Of a DNA stretch of 64,000 nucleotides, positions 18,279 through 27,597 are shown piece by piece. A model generated the notes under the pieces. It did no database searches. It saw only the letters and a list, made by a program, of their open reading frames with translations, and was not told the DNA's origin. A program made the translations under genes and the position numbers. The DNA comes from Spirochaetales bacterium (GTDB lineage: Bacteria; Spirochaetota; Spirochaetia; UBA9216): positions 29,757 to 93,756 of the forward strand of contig JAEINK010000011.1 in the NCBI GenBank assembly GCA_016342585.1, written 5' to 3'. The first letter of the stretch is position 1; every line of letters begins with the position of its first letter.

Positions 18279-21200
18279 CTACATGCCTCCCTTGGTTAAC
18301 ATAAAGGTTACCACCACAAAGATAATCATCTGCAGAAGGTAGGTCTGACCGTTTCCGGTGTAGATCCTTCTTGCGAATCCTGCAATGGCATGGAGAAAGT
18401 CGGAGATTGAATTCCAGAATTTTGTGGTGAAAGGATATTCAAGAAATCCCAGAGCCTTTCTGACCGGTGCAAAGAAGTTATAGGAGAAGTGGGTTGTCTC
18501 CGGTCGGGCCGGACGTTCGGCTGCATAGACGATGTTGAACTGTTTTACCATTTGCGCCCGTCTGCCGCCGATTGTGATGATGATAAAGAATAAAGCGAAC
18601 AACCCCATGAAGGTCCACATGACGGCTACGCCGTTCCAGTATCCATACTGGGTGGAGGCCAGGTTTCCCGTCCAGACCAGGGCCCCTTCAGTGGTGAACT
18701 CTTTCAGGATCTCCCCGATGGGTCTTAAGAAAGAGCCGGGGAAGAATGAGAGAAACATGACCACACCCAGAAGAAGAACCTGGGGAAGTATGATGAAAAA
18801 GGGAGCTTCTTTAACCTTTCGGTGCTCATCCTTCAGTTGCCCCAGGAAGATCGCAAAGATCAATCTGAAGAGGTAGAGGAAGGCGATTATACCGGCAGCA
18901 CCGGCGACCGCACCCTGAAGCATCCAGCCCTTATCCAGGACAGCATTATAGGTGATCCATTTTCCACTGAATCCCGCCAGAGGAGGGATCCCCGAGAGAG
19001 CGATAATACACACCAGAACACTGAAGAAGGTTATGGGCATCCTTTTTATTAATCCGCCCATCTGGTACATATTTTTGGTCTTTGTCCTGTAGACTACCCC
19101 GCCTACTGCCAGGAAGAGGGTGACCTTATAGACAAAGTGGACGATTGAAAGTGAAAGGGCTGCAAGCCATCCAAGATGACTCATAAGGGATATGGCAAAT
19201 AATGCGTATCCCATCTGACCTATACTTGAATAGGCGAGGAGGCGTTTTGCATCCTCCTGCATGGCAGCCATATAGTTTGCCACCAGGGCGGTGATGACGC
19301 CAACCCAGCTCAGGACGTAAGGTAGATCAATCACACCTATAGATTGTCCACCCATGGCGATGGCTGTCATAAGCAGGCCGAATACACCTGCTTTCAGGAG
19401 GATCCCCGAAACCATGGGGGATACATCCGTCTCCGCCTCGGCATGCGCTCCGGGGAGCCAGATGTGAAGTCCCGCCGATGCCATCTTGGTCATAAAACCA
19501 ACAGCCAGCAGGAGGAATATCACCCCTGAATAGGGGGTTATCGCGGCACTTTTCAGTACCTCGAGGCTGATCGAATGGGCTCCCGTTCCGGCATAACTCA
19601 AGCCGAATCCCATTAAAATGAGGTATGCTCCCCCAAGAGAGAAAAGCATATAACTTAAGGCGTGGGGCTTCGACTTCTTTCCTCGAAGGATCAGAAAGTA
19701 TGACCCGAGGGTCATGATCTCCCAGGAGAGGAAGAAGCTTAAGAACTCTTTAGCTTCGATAATACCGATGAGCCCTGCGAACATCAGTCCTACAGAGGGG
19801 TAGAACCCCACCCTTTTTCCCTTCTTTCCGAAACCGGGGAGGAGGGTTATGAGGGCCCCAATAATGAAGATCATAGCAAAAATGGAGCGGTAACTCTCGG
19901 CTGCCTGCATAAATGGATAACCGTAATAGGCTATAGCACCCATTATCAGGAGGTTTTTCACAATGGCCGGCAGGAAATCAATAAGCATGAGTACAACAAC
20001 AGCTCCCAGAAGGATCCAGTTGAATCCCATCTCGAAAGAGGACATACCTGCTGAAAAATAGCCGAGGGCTAGGAGAAGTCCCGCATTTACAAAAACAGGT
20101 TTTACCGAGCCGAACCGCCAGTCCAGACTGTCGGTCTGGTCATATCCATTTTTGAAGGCATTGCCGAACCAGCGCATTAAGTACACGGCTTCAAGCATGG
20201 AGCCGCCCAGGATAACAATCATCCATACGATACCATCCCTGGCGGCCAGTCCCATTATAAGATCCCATTTTGCAAAGAAAGAGGGAAAGGGGGGCAGACC
20301 CAGGAGGGCGAAAATGCCTATGGCGAATGGGGCCAGGAGTATTATCTTCTTTCGAATTACACCCCATTCATGAACAGACTCCTTCTTTACAATCCCGGCC
20401 AGCCAGAAGAGGAGGGCCTTCGCCAGGGCATGGGTGATGAGGATACCGAGGACAATGAATTCTCCCTTGGTAATGTTAAAGATCTGCACCAGAGAAAAGG
20501 CCATAACCACAAGCCCTACCTGTGATATGGAGGAATAGGCCAGGAGGCGGCGGGCATTATCCTGCTTCAAGGCCAGGAGATTCATGCCGACAAAGGTTAT
20601 TGCCCCGATTACCGCGGCCGCTTCCAGGAAGGCCCCGCCGGTAACACCCATGATTTTTGTGTAGGCATAAAACATGGCAGTTGTTGTTCCCGAGGCCACC
20701 AGGGCGCTGACCGGGGGTACCGATGCCTCGTAGGCATCAATTCCCCAACCATTTACCGGGAAGGGTTTTAACTCCATGATCATCCCTATGAATATAAGGA
20801 AGAATCCGGTATAACCTGCCGATATCAGTCCGGGATTCATCATTCCTCTGATAATATCTATATTGAGCGATCCTGTTGTGTAGTATGTGAAGATAATACC
20901 CAGGAGCATTAATCCGCTCACCAGGGCTCCGGCGATGATGAATTTAAATCCTGCACCAAGCTGCTTCAGGTTACTCTTCAAGGCGATTAGCCCTGCCGAG
21001 GCAATGCTCACGATTTCGATGAACACAAAAAGATTGAACAAATCTCGTGTAAGAATGACTCCGTTTAATCCTGTTACAAATACCAGTAAAAGCATAAAGA
21101 TATAAACAGAAGATTTTCCCTTTTCGGGTTTCAGGAATAAACCGCTTAAGAGTGCCGAAAAATTCACCAGGAGGAGGAGAATCGCTTCGGTCCTTCCCAT

Positions 21201-21425
21201 ATACAGATTGATCGAGAGGGGCGGTTTGAATCCTGCGGTGAAAACGTTCACCTCTGTCCCCGTTCCTGCCAGGAAGCTGTAAGCGGCCTGGAGAGAAATG
21301 GCCGTCATCAGTGTGAGAGCCGCCAGGGTCAGGACTTTTTGAATGTTAATATTGACTTTTCTGAACAGCCCGAGAAGGAAAGCCGTTCCGAGAGCCGTAA
21401 TTATCAAGTAAATTGGGTCTACCAT
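18279..21425 (-). CDS. Fusion of two MrpD/NuoM-like antiporter subunits (MbxH + MbxH')
   Basis: 1048 aa with two Proton_antipo_M modules: DLFNLFVFIE..K.FP..W..DAY..RRLLAYSSISQ..HA..K, and FFLSWE..K...GLHIWLP.AH..KRLLAYSSIGQ..H...K. Confidence 0.92.
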   Translation of the reverse strand: MVDPIYLIITALGTAFLLGLFRKVNINIQKVLTLAALTLMTAISLQAAYSFLAGTGTEVNVFTAGFKPPLSINLYMGRTEAILLLLVNFSALLSGLFLKPEKGKSSVYIFMLLLVFVTGLNGVILTRDLFNLFVFIEIVSIASAGLIALKSNLKQLGAGFKFIIAGALVSGLMLLGIIFTYYTTGSLNIDIIRGMMNPGLISAGYTGFFLIFIGMIMELKPFPVNGWGIDAYEASVPPVSALVASGTTTAMFYAYTKIMGVTGGAFLEAAAVIGAITFVGMNLLALKQDNARRLLAYSSISQVGLVVMAFSLVQIFNITKGEFIVLGILITHALAKALLFWLAGIVKKESVHEWGVIRKKIILLAPFAIGIFALLGLPPFPSFFAKWDLIMGLAARDGIVWMIVILGGSMLEAVYLMRWFGNAFKNGYDQTDSLDWRFGSVKPVFVNAGLLLALGYFSAGMSSFEMGFNWILLGAVVVLMLIDFLPAIVKNLLIMGAIAYYGYPFMQAAESYRSIFAMIFIIGALITLLPGFGKKGKRVGFYPSVGLMFAGLIGIIEAKEFLSFFLSWEIMTLGSYFLILRGKKSKPHALSYMLFSLGGAYLILMGFGLSYAGTGAHSISLEVLKSAAITPYSGVIFLLLAVGFMTKMASAGLHIWLPGAHAEAETDVSPMVSGILLKAGVFGLLMTAIAMGGQSIGVIDLPYVLSWVGVITALVANYMAAMQEDAKRLLAYSSIGQMGYALFAISLMSHLGWLAALSLSIVHFVYKVTLFLAVGGVVYRTKTKNMYQMGGLIKRMPITFFSVLVCIIALSGIPPLAGFSGKWITYNAVLDKGWMLQGAVAGAAGIIAFLYLFRLIFAIFLGQLKDEHRKVKEAPFFIILPQVLLLGVVMFLSFFPGSFLRPIGEILKEFTTEGALVWTGNLASTQYGYWNGVAVMWTFMGLFALFFIIITIGGRRAQMVKQFNIVYAAERPARPETTHFSYNFFAPVRKALGFLEYPFTTKFWNSISDFLHAIAGFARRIYTGNGQTYLLQMIIFVVVTFMLTKGGM

Positions 21426-21769
21426 TTCAGCTCCTCGAATTTATCAATTTCCAATGTTCCTTTTTTGTCATACATGTTAACCGCATAGGTCAGCATGAAA
21501 GCCGTTATACCAAGGCCGATTACAATGGCTGTCAGAACCAGGGCCTGGGGGACGGGATCAACATATGACTTTCCTATATCGGAAAGGCTTTCAACGATCG
21601 GTGCCGTACCTGAGGCACGATATCCAACAGCGATCATTATCAAGTGGATTCCAAGGTCAAAAATCGTGAATCCGACTATCATTCTGATAATATCCTTGTT
21701 CGTAAGTACAGCCCATAATCCCAGGAGAACCAGGATGACGCCTGTTACAATTGCTGCAGTACCTATCAT
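21419..21769 (-). CDS. MrpC/MnhC-like subunit (MbxG)
   Basis: DPVPQALVLTAIVIG signature. Confidence 0.92.
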   Translation of the reverse strand: MIGTAAIVTGVILVLLGLWAVLTNKDIIRMIVGFTIFDLGIHLIMIAVGYRASGTAPIVESLSDIGKSYVDPVPQALVLTAIVIGLGITAFMLTYAVNMYDKKGTLEIDKFEELKW

Positions 21770-22473
21770 TTTTCTGATACCTCCTCTACCGTGTCCCCTT
21801 TCAGGGTCACAACGACTGAACTCAGCTCGGAACCGACTTTTAATCCGACTACCGAATAGATGACTGGAATGAGTCCTCCACTTATCAGAGTTCCGTATTC
21901 ACCAAGGGGGAGAATTCTGCTGTCGAGGAATCCATTGACTGTAAGAAAGAGGCCTACGGCACCCAGAGCAACATAGGTCATCCCCGAGATCGATTCGATA
22001 ATCGAGAGTACGGTATGTCCAATCTTTCTGTTAGGATCTGCGAGAACCGTGAGAACCATTCCCGACGCTATGATGGCGCCGCCCTGGAATCCCCCTCCCG
22101 GACTAAGGTGTCCATTTATAAAGACATAGACCCCGAAGATGAGTATGAGGGGAAACAGAAAACCTGAACCGGTTTTGAGGAGTTCACTGGCCTCTCTCCG
22201 GAGACCATTCTCATTTTTATTAAGATGGATAAGGAGACCCACCACGGCCGCTGCGGCAAAAAGGATGGTAACCTCTCCCAGGGTATCGAGTCCCCTGTAG
22301 GAGACAACAACCGCCGTAACCACATTGGCCGCCCCGAGTTCCTCAGGCCCTTTTTCAAGATAGTGGGCCGATGCCTCGGGCATCCCCGCCGGTTCTGTAA
22401 ATTGCAGTACAAACGGGCTGATTATTATTCCAAGGGCGACTAACATAAGGAGGATGAATGCTTTTCTGATCAT
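21766..22473 (-). CDS. MrpB/MnhB-like subunit (MbxE/F)
   Basis: NVVTAVV.SYRGLDTLGE and GHLSPGGGFQGG motifs. Confidence 0.92.
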   Translation of the reverse strand: MIRKAFILLMLVALGIIISPFVLQFTEPAGMPEASAHYLEKGPEELGAANVVTAVVVSYRGLDTLGEVTILFAAAAVVGLLIHLNKNENGLRREASELLKTGSGFLFPLILIFGVYVFINGHLSPGGGFQGGAIIASGMVLTVLADPNRKIGHTVLSIIESISGMTYVALGAVGLFLTVNGFLDSRILPLGEYGTLISGGLIPVIYSVVGLKVGSELSSVVVTLKGDTVEEVSEK

Positions 22474-22709
22474 CTTTCTCCCCCCCTAACTTTCTTTAGA
22501 GCAAAGAAAAATATGAAGGTTGTCAGTCCGCTTCCAATGGCTGCCTCAGTCATGGCTACATCCGGTGCTGCAAGAATTATGAATAAAATAGAAGAAAAAA
22601 GTCCTGCCGCTCCTGCTGCCAGGATGGAAACCGTTCTATCCCGGGTGACCACTGCCAAAACCGCTGCGGATAAGGTGAACAGGGCGATGATAATAAAAAT
22701 AATTTCCAT
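22470..22709 (-). CDS. MbxD / DUF4040 (MrpA C-terminal-like) subunit
   Basis: APDVAMTEAAIG motif; 3 TM helices. Confidence 0.9.
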   Translation of the reverse strand: MEIIFIIIALFTLSAAVLAVVTRDRTVSILAAGAAGLFSSILFIILAAPDVAMTEAAIGSGLTTFIFFFALKKVRGGER

Positions 22710-22711
22710 AT

Positions 22712-23035
22712 CTATTTCACCTCCTCTGGTGTTTCAAGTTTATCTTCAATTGTTTTATCACTCATTTTTTGTCCGCTGAAATGGGCGCCTCTGGCAACCA
22801 CATGGGAGGATATCGGGTTCGTGAGGATAATGAAGAGGATTAGGATCACAAGCTTCGTTGTCCATTCCGGGTGGATAAAGGCCATGCCAATCATGACGAC
22901 GATGGTTCCCAGGGTTGTTGCCTTTGTTCCCGTTTGTATTCTGTTGTAGACATCGGGCATTCGAATTACCCCAAGGGCGCTTAAGAAGAATATAAGGGAT
23001 CCTATAAGCATTAATATTGAACCTGCAAGAATCAT
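22712..23035 (-). CDS. MrpG/MnhG-like subunit (MbxC)
   Basis: G..RMPDVYNR....K..TLG and TNPISSH motifs. Confidence 0.92.
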   Translation of the reverse strand: MILAGSILMLIGSLIFFLSALGVIRMPDVYNRIQTGTKATTLGTIVVMIGMAFIHPEWTTKLVILILFIILTNPISSHVVARGAHFSGQKMSDKTIEDKLETPEEVK

Positions 23036-23295
23036 TACAGCCCCCTTTCGTAATAACGGGCAACGACGAGGACTCCGATGAAACTCAGGAGTGCATAAAC
23101 AAGTGCCACATCGACATAAATGAATCTTTCCAGTAGATGAGCCAGTATCACGATTAGTGACATGGCAATAATGGAAGCGGTATCGAATGCTACCACCCTG
23201 TCCAGGATCGAAGGCCCAATAATAAATCTGATGAGTATTATGCCAATACTTATCAGGATTATTATGACGGATACTAAGATAATTTGATCAGCCAA
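23035..23295 (-). CDS. MrpF/MnhF-like subunit (MbxB)
   Basis: R...GPS..DRVVAFD and DVALVYALLSF motifs. Confidence 0.92.
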   Translation of the reverse strand: MADQIILVSVIIILISIGIILIRFIIGPSILDRVVAFDTASIIAMSLIVILAHLLERFIYVDVALVYALLSFIGVLVVARYYERGL

Positions 23296-23779
23296 AGATT
23301 ACCTCCAGATGTTTCTCAAATTTATCCACGATTTTTTCGGTAGCTTTTTCAACATCGGTGGATGACGCGTCGATCCAGTGGATATAGAGTTTGTCTTCCA
23401 TAATGTCCACTGTCAGTGTTCCCGGAGTCAGGGTAATCGAATTCGCCAGGGCCAGCCTGCCGAGTTTTGATTTCAATTTTGTCTTTACTTCCACAACGGC
23501 CGGGTTGATCCGAACCTTTGGGGTAATTACCCTGGACATAACATCAATGTTTGATTTTATGAGTTCAAACAAAAAAACAAATAACCAGGTAAACATGGCT
23601 GCTATCGCTTTCGGTGAGAATTTCATTGTCCCAAACAGATCTGTTTTTACAAGAAAGGCTGTCCCCAGGATGGCGAGCAGGACTCCGGTGATCAGAATCT
23701 CTTTTCTTACACTTGAATTCAGTCCAATCCAGAACAGGAGTCCCAGACAAAATGAAATCAGTACAGTCTTTACTTTCAC
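23288..23779 (-). CDS. MrpE/MnhE-like subunit (MbxA)
   Basis: SNIDV and LANSITLTPGTLTVD motifs; GTG start after a GGAGG SD. Confidence 0.92.
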   Translation of the reverse strand: MKVKTVLISFCLGLLFWIGLNSSVRKEILITGVLLAILGTAFLVKTDLFGTMKFSPKAIAAMFTWLFVFLFELIKSNIDVMSRVITPKVRINPAVVEVKTKLKSKLGRLALANSITLTPGTLTVDIMEDKLYIHWIDASSTDVEKATEKIVDKFEKHLEVIFG

Positions 23780-23870
23780 TAAAAACCTCCATCTTTTTTA
23801 ATCCTGCTTCAGTCTGACACAGAAGTTATCTCAATTATGATGTTTTAATTAACTTGACAGAATTGCTATG

Positions 23871-23898
23871 ATTTTAACATTAAATATAAAAAAGTCAA
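23871..23898 (-). promoter_or_regulatory. Candidate sigma70 promoter of the mbx-like operon
   Basis: The minus strand reads TTGACT-16 nt-TAAAAT in an AT-rich region ~90 nt upstream of the first gene. Confidence 0.45.
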
Positions 23899-24138
23899 TA
23901 TAATTATATCGTTATATTAAGATTGATTGATGTTGCTGGAGCCACCTCCTTTTCTTTAATTATAATCGAAGAGATAGGGAAATCTCAAATTTGGCAGTTT
24001 TTTTACCTTTTCAAATTTAAATTGAGAGAGGGTGCAGGAATATGGGGGGAAACCGGGACCCTTTTTCATAAAATTATCCAATTCTGCAGGACAGGGGGCA
24101 GATAGATCATTCGGTAATTTTCCTGTATCTTATCACCC

Positions 24139-25899
24139 ATGTTACGCCAATTTATTCGCTATTACATACCCCACCGGAGGTTGTTTGCCCTCGATATGTC
24201 ATGTGCGGTAACTGCTTCGTTTTTATCCATACTGTTTCCGTTTTTAACGCGAACCCTTATCAGTGAATATCTTCCCTCCGGGAATATACGCCGCATTATT
24301 ATTACCCTGGCTTTCATGCTTGGGATTTATGCCACCCAGTCTTTTCTCACCTATATCCGGGTAAAGTGGGGGCACGTCCTCGGGGTCCGGATGGAGGCCG
24401 ATATGAGGCGGGACCTCTTTGGTCACATTCAGAAACTCTCCTTCAGTTATTTTGATCAGGTGAAGACCGGCCATCTGATGAGCCGGATATCCAATGATCT
24501 GAATGTGATTTCCGAGATGGCTCATCATGCACCGGAAGATCTCATAATTTCGATAATTGTCCTCATCATGGCCTATGCGGTCATGTTCGTTTTTAATACT
24601 TCCCTGGCAATGATCTCTCTCATCCCCATGCCCTTTATGGCTTTGTGGGGAATTTACATGGGAAGCCGGATGAGAAAGGGATTCCGGCAGGTCCGGAAGG
24701 AGATCGCCGAGATAAACAGTACTGTGGAGAATTCTGTGCAGGGTATCCGTGAGGTTAAATCTTTTGGGAATGAGAAGCTGGAGAAGGCAAGATTTCACAA
24801 CAGCAATGACTCGTTCCGGATTGCCAAGGAGGTGATGTATGGCCGAATGGCGGTCTTTCACTCCTTCATGGGCTTTCTCCGGGAGACCTACTACTTCTGT
24901 GTGATCGCCGGTGGTGTCATCCTGATTTTCAAAGGCCGACTGGAATTGGTAGACCTTCTTGCATTCATCCTTTATGTAGGAATAATTCTTCCTCCCATAG
25001 ATCGGCTAATCAATTTCACCGAGCAGCTCCAGCAGGGGATCTCTTCCTTTGAACGTTTTATTGAAATTATGGAGCTTCATCCGGATATTGAGGATGGGGA
25101 AAATGCTGTTGAGTTCATTGCCGGAGGAGGGGAACTATCCATCAACAATATAAGTTTTAAATATGATAAATCCCCCGACTGGATTTTGAAAGATATATCC
25201 CTTAGGATCAAAGGGGGCCGAACCATTGCCATTGCCGGGGAATCCGGGGCAGGGAAGAGTACTCTGGCCGCTCTCATCCCCAGGTTTTATGATATTCAGC
25301 AGGGCGGGATTGAAATTGACGGTCAGGATATAAGGGGTGTTCAGCAGAGAAGCCTCCGAAAAGCTATAGGGATCGTTCAGCAGAATGTATTTCTATTTGA
25401 TGGTACAATAAGGGAGAATATAATCTACGGTAAACCCGATGCGGTGGACGATGAGCTTAATGCGGCAGTTGAGATGGCAAATCTTGGAAGCTTTATTAAT
25501 ACCCTTCCCGAGGGACTGGATACCCAGGTGGGAGAACGGGGTATCCGGCTTTCCGGTGGTCAGAAGCAGCGGATTTCCATTGCCAGGGTATTCCTTAAAA
25601 ATCCGGAGATTCTGATCCTTGATGAGGCAACCAGCTCTCTGGATAATGAATCGGAGGCGCTCATACAGGAGGCCCTTTGGCAGCTCTGTGAAAACAGGAC
25701 GACCATCATTATTGCCCACAGATTGTCCACCATTATGCGGGCCGATAAAATATTTGTTATGAGAAACGGAAAAATAGTGGAAGAGGGAACACATGGGGAA
25801 CTTTTATCCCTGGGCGGCTATTATAAAGACCTGGCGGACAAGGGAACCCTGGAGGCTGAAAATGCTGAATATAATCAAAGTGAACAAGGAGAAATTTAG
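24139..25899 (+). CDS. ABC transporter, fused permease/ATP-binding (MsbA-like exporter)
   Basis: TM domain plus GESGAGKS, LSGGQKQR, ILILDEATSSLD and AHRLST motifs. Confidence 0.95.
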   Translation: MLRQFIRYYIPHRRLFALDMSCAVTASFLSILFPFLTRTLISEYLPSGNIRRIIITLAFMLGIYATQSFLTYIRVKWGHVLGVRMEADMRRDLFGHIQKLSFSYFDQVKTGHLMSRISNDLNVISEMAHHAPEDLIISIIVLIMAYAVMFVFNTSLAMISLIPMPFMALWGIYMGSRMRKGFRQVRKEIAEINSTVENSVQGIREVKSFGNEKLEKARFHNSNDSFRIAKEVMYGRMAVFHSFMGFLRETYYFCVIAGGVILIFKGRLELVDLLAFILYVGIILPPIDRLINFTEQLQQGISSFERFIEIMELHPDIEDGENAVEFIAGGGELSINNISFKYDKSPDWILKDISLRIKGGRTIAIAGESGAGKSTLAALIPRFYDIQQGGIEIDGQDIRGVQQRSLRKAIGIVQQNVFLFDGTIRENIIYGKPDAVDDELNAAVEMANLGSFINTLPEGLDTQVGERGIRLSGGQKQRISIARVFLKNPEILILDEATSSLDNESEALIQEALWQLCENRTTIIIAHRLSTIMRADKIFVMRNGKIVEEGTHGELLSLGGYYKDLADKGTLEAENAEYNQSEQGEI

Positions 25900-25901
25900 A
25901 A

Positions 25902-26150
25902 ATGAATATACTGATAAGAAACCTTTCAAGGCAGACCACGGAAAAGGACCTGAGAAACCTTTTTGCTTCATTCGGAACCATATCCGCCCTGAATATTGTT
26001 ATGGATGAAGCGTCGGGACAGTCGAAGGGGTTTGGTTTTGTGGAGATGAGGGACGTCAAAGAGGCGAAAAAGGCGATTCATAACTTGAATGGCAAAAAGA
26101 TAGATGGGGAAAAGATAAGGGTAAAATCCACAAAACAGCGGATGATCTAG
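25902..26150 (+). CDS. RRM (RNP) RNA-binding protein
   Basis: RNP2-like ILIRNL and RNP1 KGFGFVEM; AGGAG SD. Confidence 0.92.
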   Translation: MNILIRNLSRQTTEKDLRNLFASFGTISALNIVMDEASGQSKGFGFVEMRDVKEAKKAIHNLNGKKIDGEKIRVKSTKQRMI

Positions 26151-26163
26151 AGATAGGGCTGTT

Positions 26164-27501
26164 ATGAACCTTAAGGAAATATTGACTTCGGTTAAAGATA
26201 CGGATGATTTGCTCATCGGTTCAGGGGTGATAGAAAACTGCGCCTCTCTGTTCAGGAAGCACTGGCCCGGCAAAAACGGGCTTATTGTGGCCGATTCCAA
26301 CACCTGGGCGGCCGGCGGGGAGAGACTTGGCACTCTTCTGGATGGTGAAGGGATATTTCTCCTTCCCCCCCTGATCTTCGGAGTCCCGCCCCTCCTTCAT
26401 GCGGATTATACGGGTGTGGAGCTCATCATCAACCAGGTTGTAAACCCCCGGGATACCATCCTGATTGCGGTCGGTTCAGGAACCATAAATGATCTTGTTA
26501 AAAGGGCCTCTTTTGAACTTAACCAGGAGTACCTTTGTTTTGGTACGGCTGCCTCTATGGATGGGTACTGCTCCTCCGGGGCGGCTCTGGCACGGGATGG
26601 CCTGAAACAGACTCTGGCGTGTCCCGCGCCAAAGGTGATTGTTGCCGATACGGATATTCTGAAGACCGCGCCCGGGGCAAGTTCGGCTGCCGGTTATGGG
26701 GATCTTGCAAGCAAGCTCACCGCCGGTGCGGATTGGATTATCGCCGATTTTACCGGAGATGATCCCATTGATGAGAGTGTCTGGAATATTGTACAGCCCC
26801 GGCTTGGCGTTTGGCTTGCTGAACCGGCAAAGCTGAGGGCTGGTAATCCGGATGTGCTGGCTGCCGTCTTTGAGGGGCTTAATTTCAGTGGTCTTGCCAT
26901 GCAGGTTCTGGGTCGTTCTAGGGCTGCCTCGGGTGCTGAGCACCTTTTCAGCCATATATGGGAGATGTCGGGTCATCTTGGTGCTGACGGGAATCCTGTC
27001 TCCCATGGTTTTCAGGTTTCACTTGGTATCCTTTGTGTTACCGCTCTGATGGAGGAGGTCTTCCGCCTGAAGGCTCATGAGATTGATATCGAGCAGGCTC
27101 TTAGACAATACCCCAGCTGGGATAGCCGGGTGTTGGAAATTGAGTCTTTCATGGGGTGTTTTCCCTCCTATACCGAGTATTTTGATATTTGCCGGGAAAA
27201 ATATTTAAGCCGGGATGAACTTCAGATAAAACTATCCCGTCTGAAAGAGGGGTGGGAAGAGCTTAAGTCCAATGTCTGGAAAAAACTTCCCCACTATTCT
27301 GAGATGAAGAGCATGCTTGAACTGGCAGGTTGCCCCGTCTCTCCAGGTGATATAAATCTTGACAGGGCGACAGCCCTTTCGACCTACAGAAAAGCCCAAT
27401 GCATGCGGAACAGGTATACGATTCTGGATCTGGCCTACGAACTTGGTATCCTTGATCGATGTGTCGGGAGGATTGACCGGAACCAACTGTATCTCAATTG
27501 A
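26164..27501 (+). CDS. sn-glycerol-1-phosphate dehydrogenase (AraM/EgsA family)
   Basis: GSGTINDL, TAASMDG, AGYGD, SGAEH and HG motifs. Confidence 0.85.
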   Translation: MNLKEILTSVKDTDDLLIGSGVIENCASLFRKHWPGKNGLIVADSNTWAAGGERLGTLLDGEGIFLLPPLIFGVPPLLHADYTGVELIINQVVNPRDTILIAVGSGTINDLVKRASFELNQEYLCFGTAASMDGYCSSGAALARDGLKQTLACPAPKVIVADTDILKTAPGASSAAGYGDLASKLTAGADWIIADFTGDDPIDESVWNIVQPRLGVWLAEPAKLRAGNPDVLAAVFEGLNFSGLAMQVLGRSRAASGAEHLFSHIWEMSGHLGADGNPVSHGFQVSLGILCVTALMEEVFRLKAHEIDIEQALRQYPSWDSRVLEIESFMGCFPSYTEYFDICREKYLSRDELQIKLSRLKEGWEELKSNVWKKLPHYSEMKSMLELAGCPVSPGDINLDRATALSTYRKAQCMRNRYTILDLAYELGILDRCVGRIDRNQLYLN

Positions 27502-27527
27502 GAGGAGCCGCTGCCATAAGCTGCCAT

Positions 27528-27572
27528 AAAAACGGGGCTGCCTTCCTGTTCTTCCGGAAATCCAGCCCCTTT
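27528..27572. terminator. Possible bidirectional terminator
   Basis: GGGGCTG...CAGCCCC with inner TTCC/GGAA pairing, between convergent genes. Confidence 0.4.
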
Positions 27573-27597
27573 GTCTTTCTTTGCCAGTCGCTTACAG

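Noticed and set aside
18279-23779. Stand-alone Mrp Na+/H+ antiporter
   Set aside because: It is directly contiguous with the NuoH/B/C/D/I homologues in mbx order.
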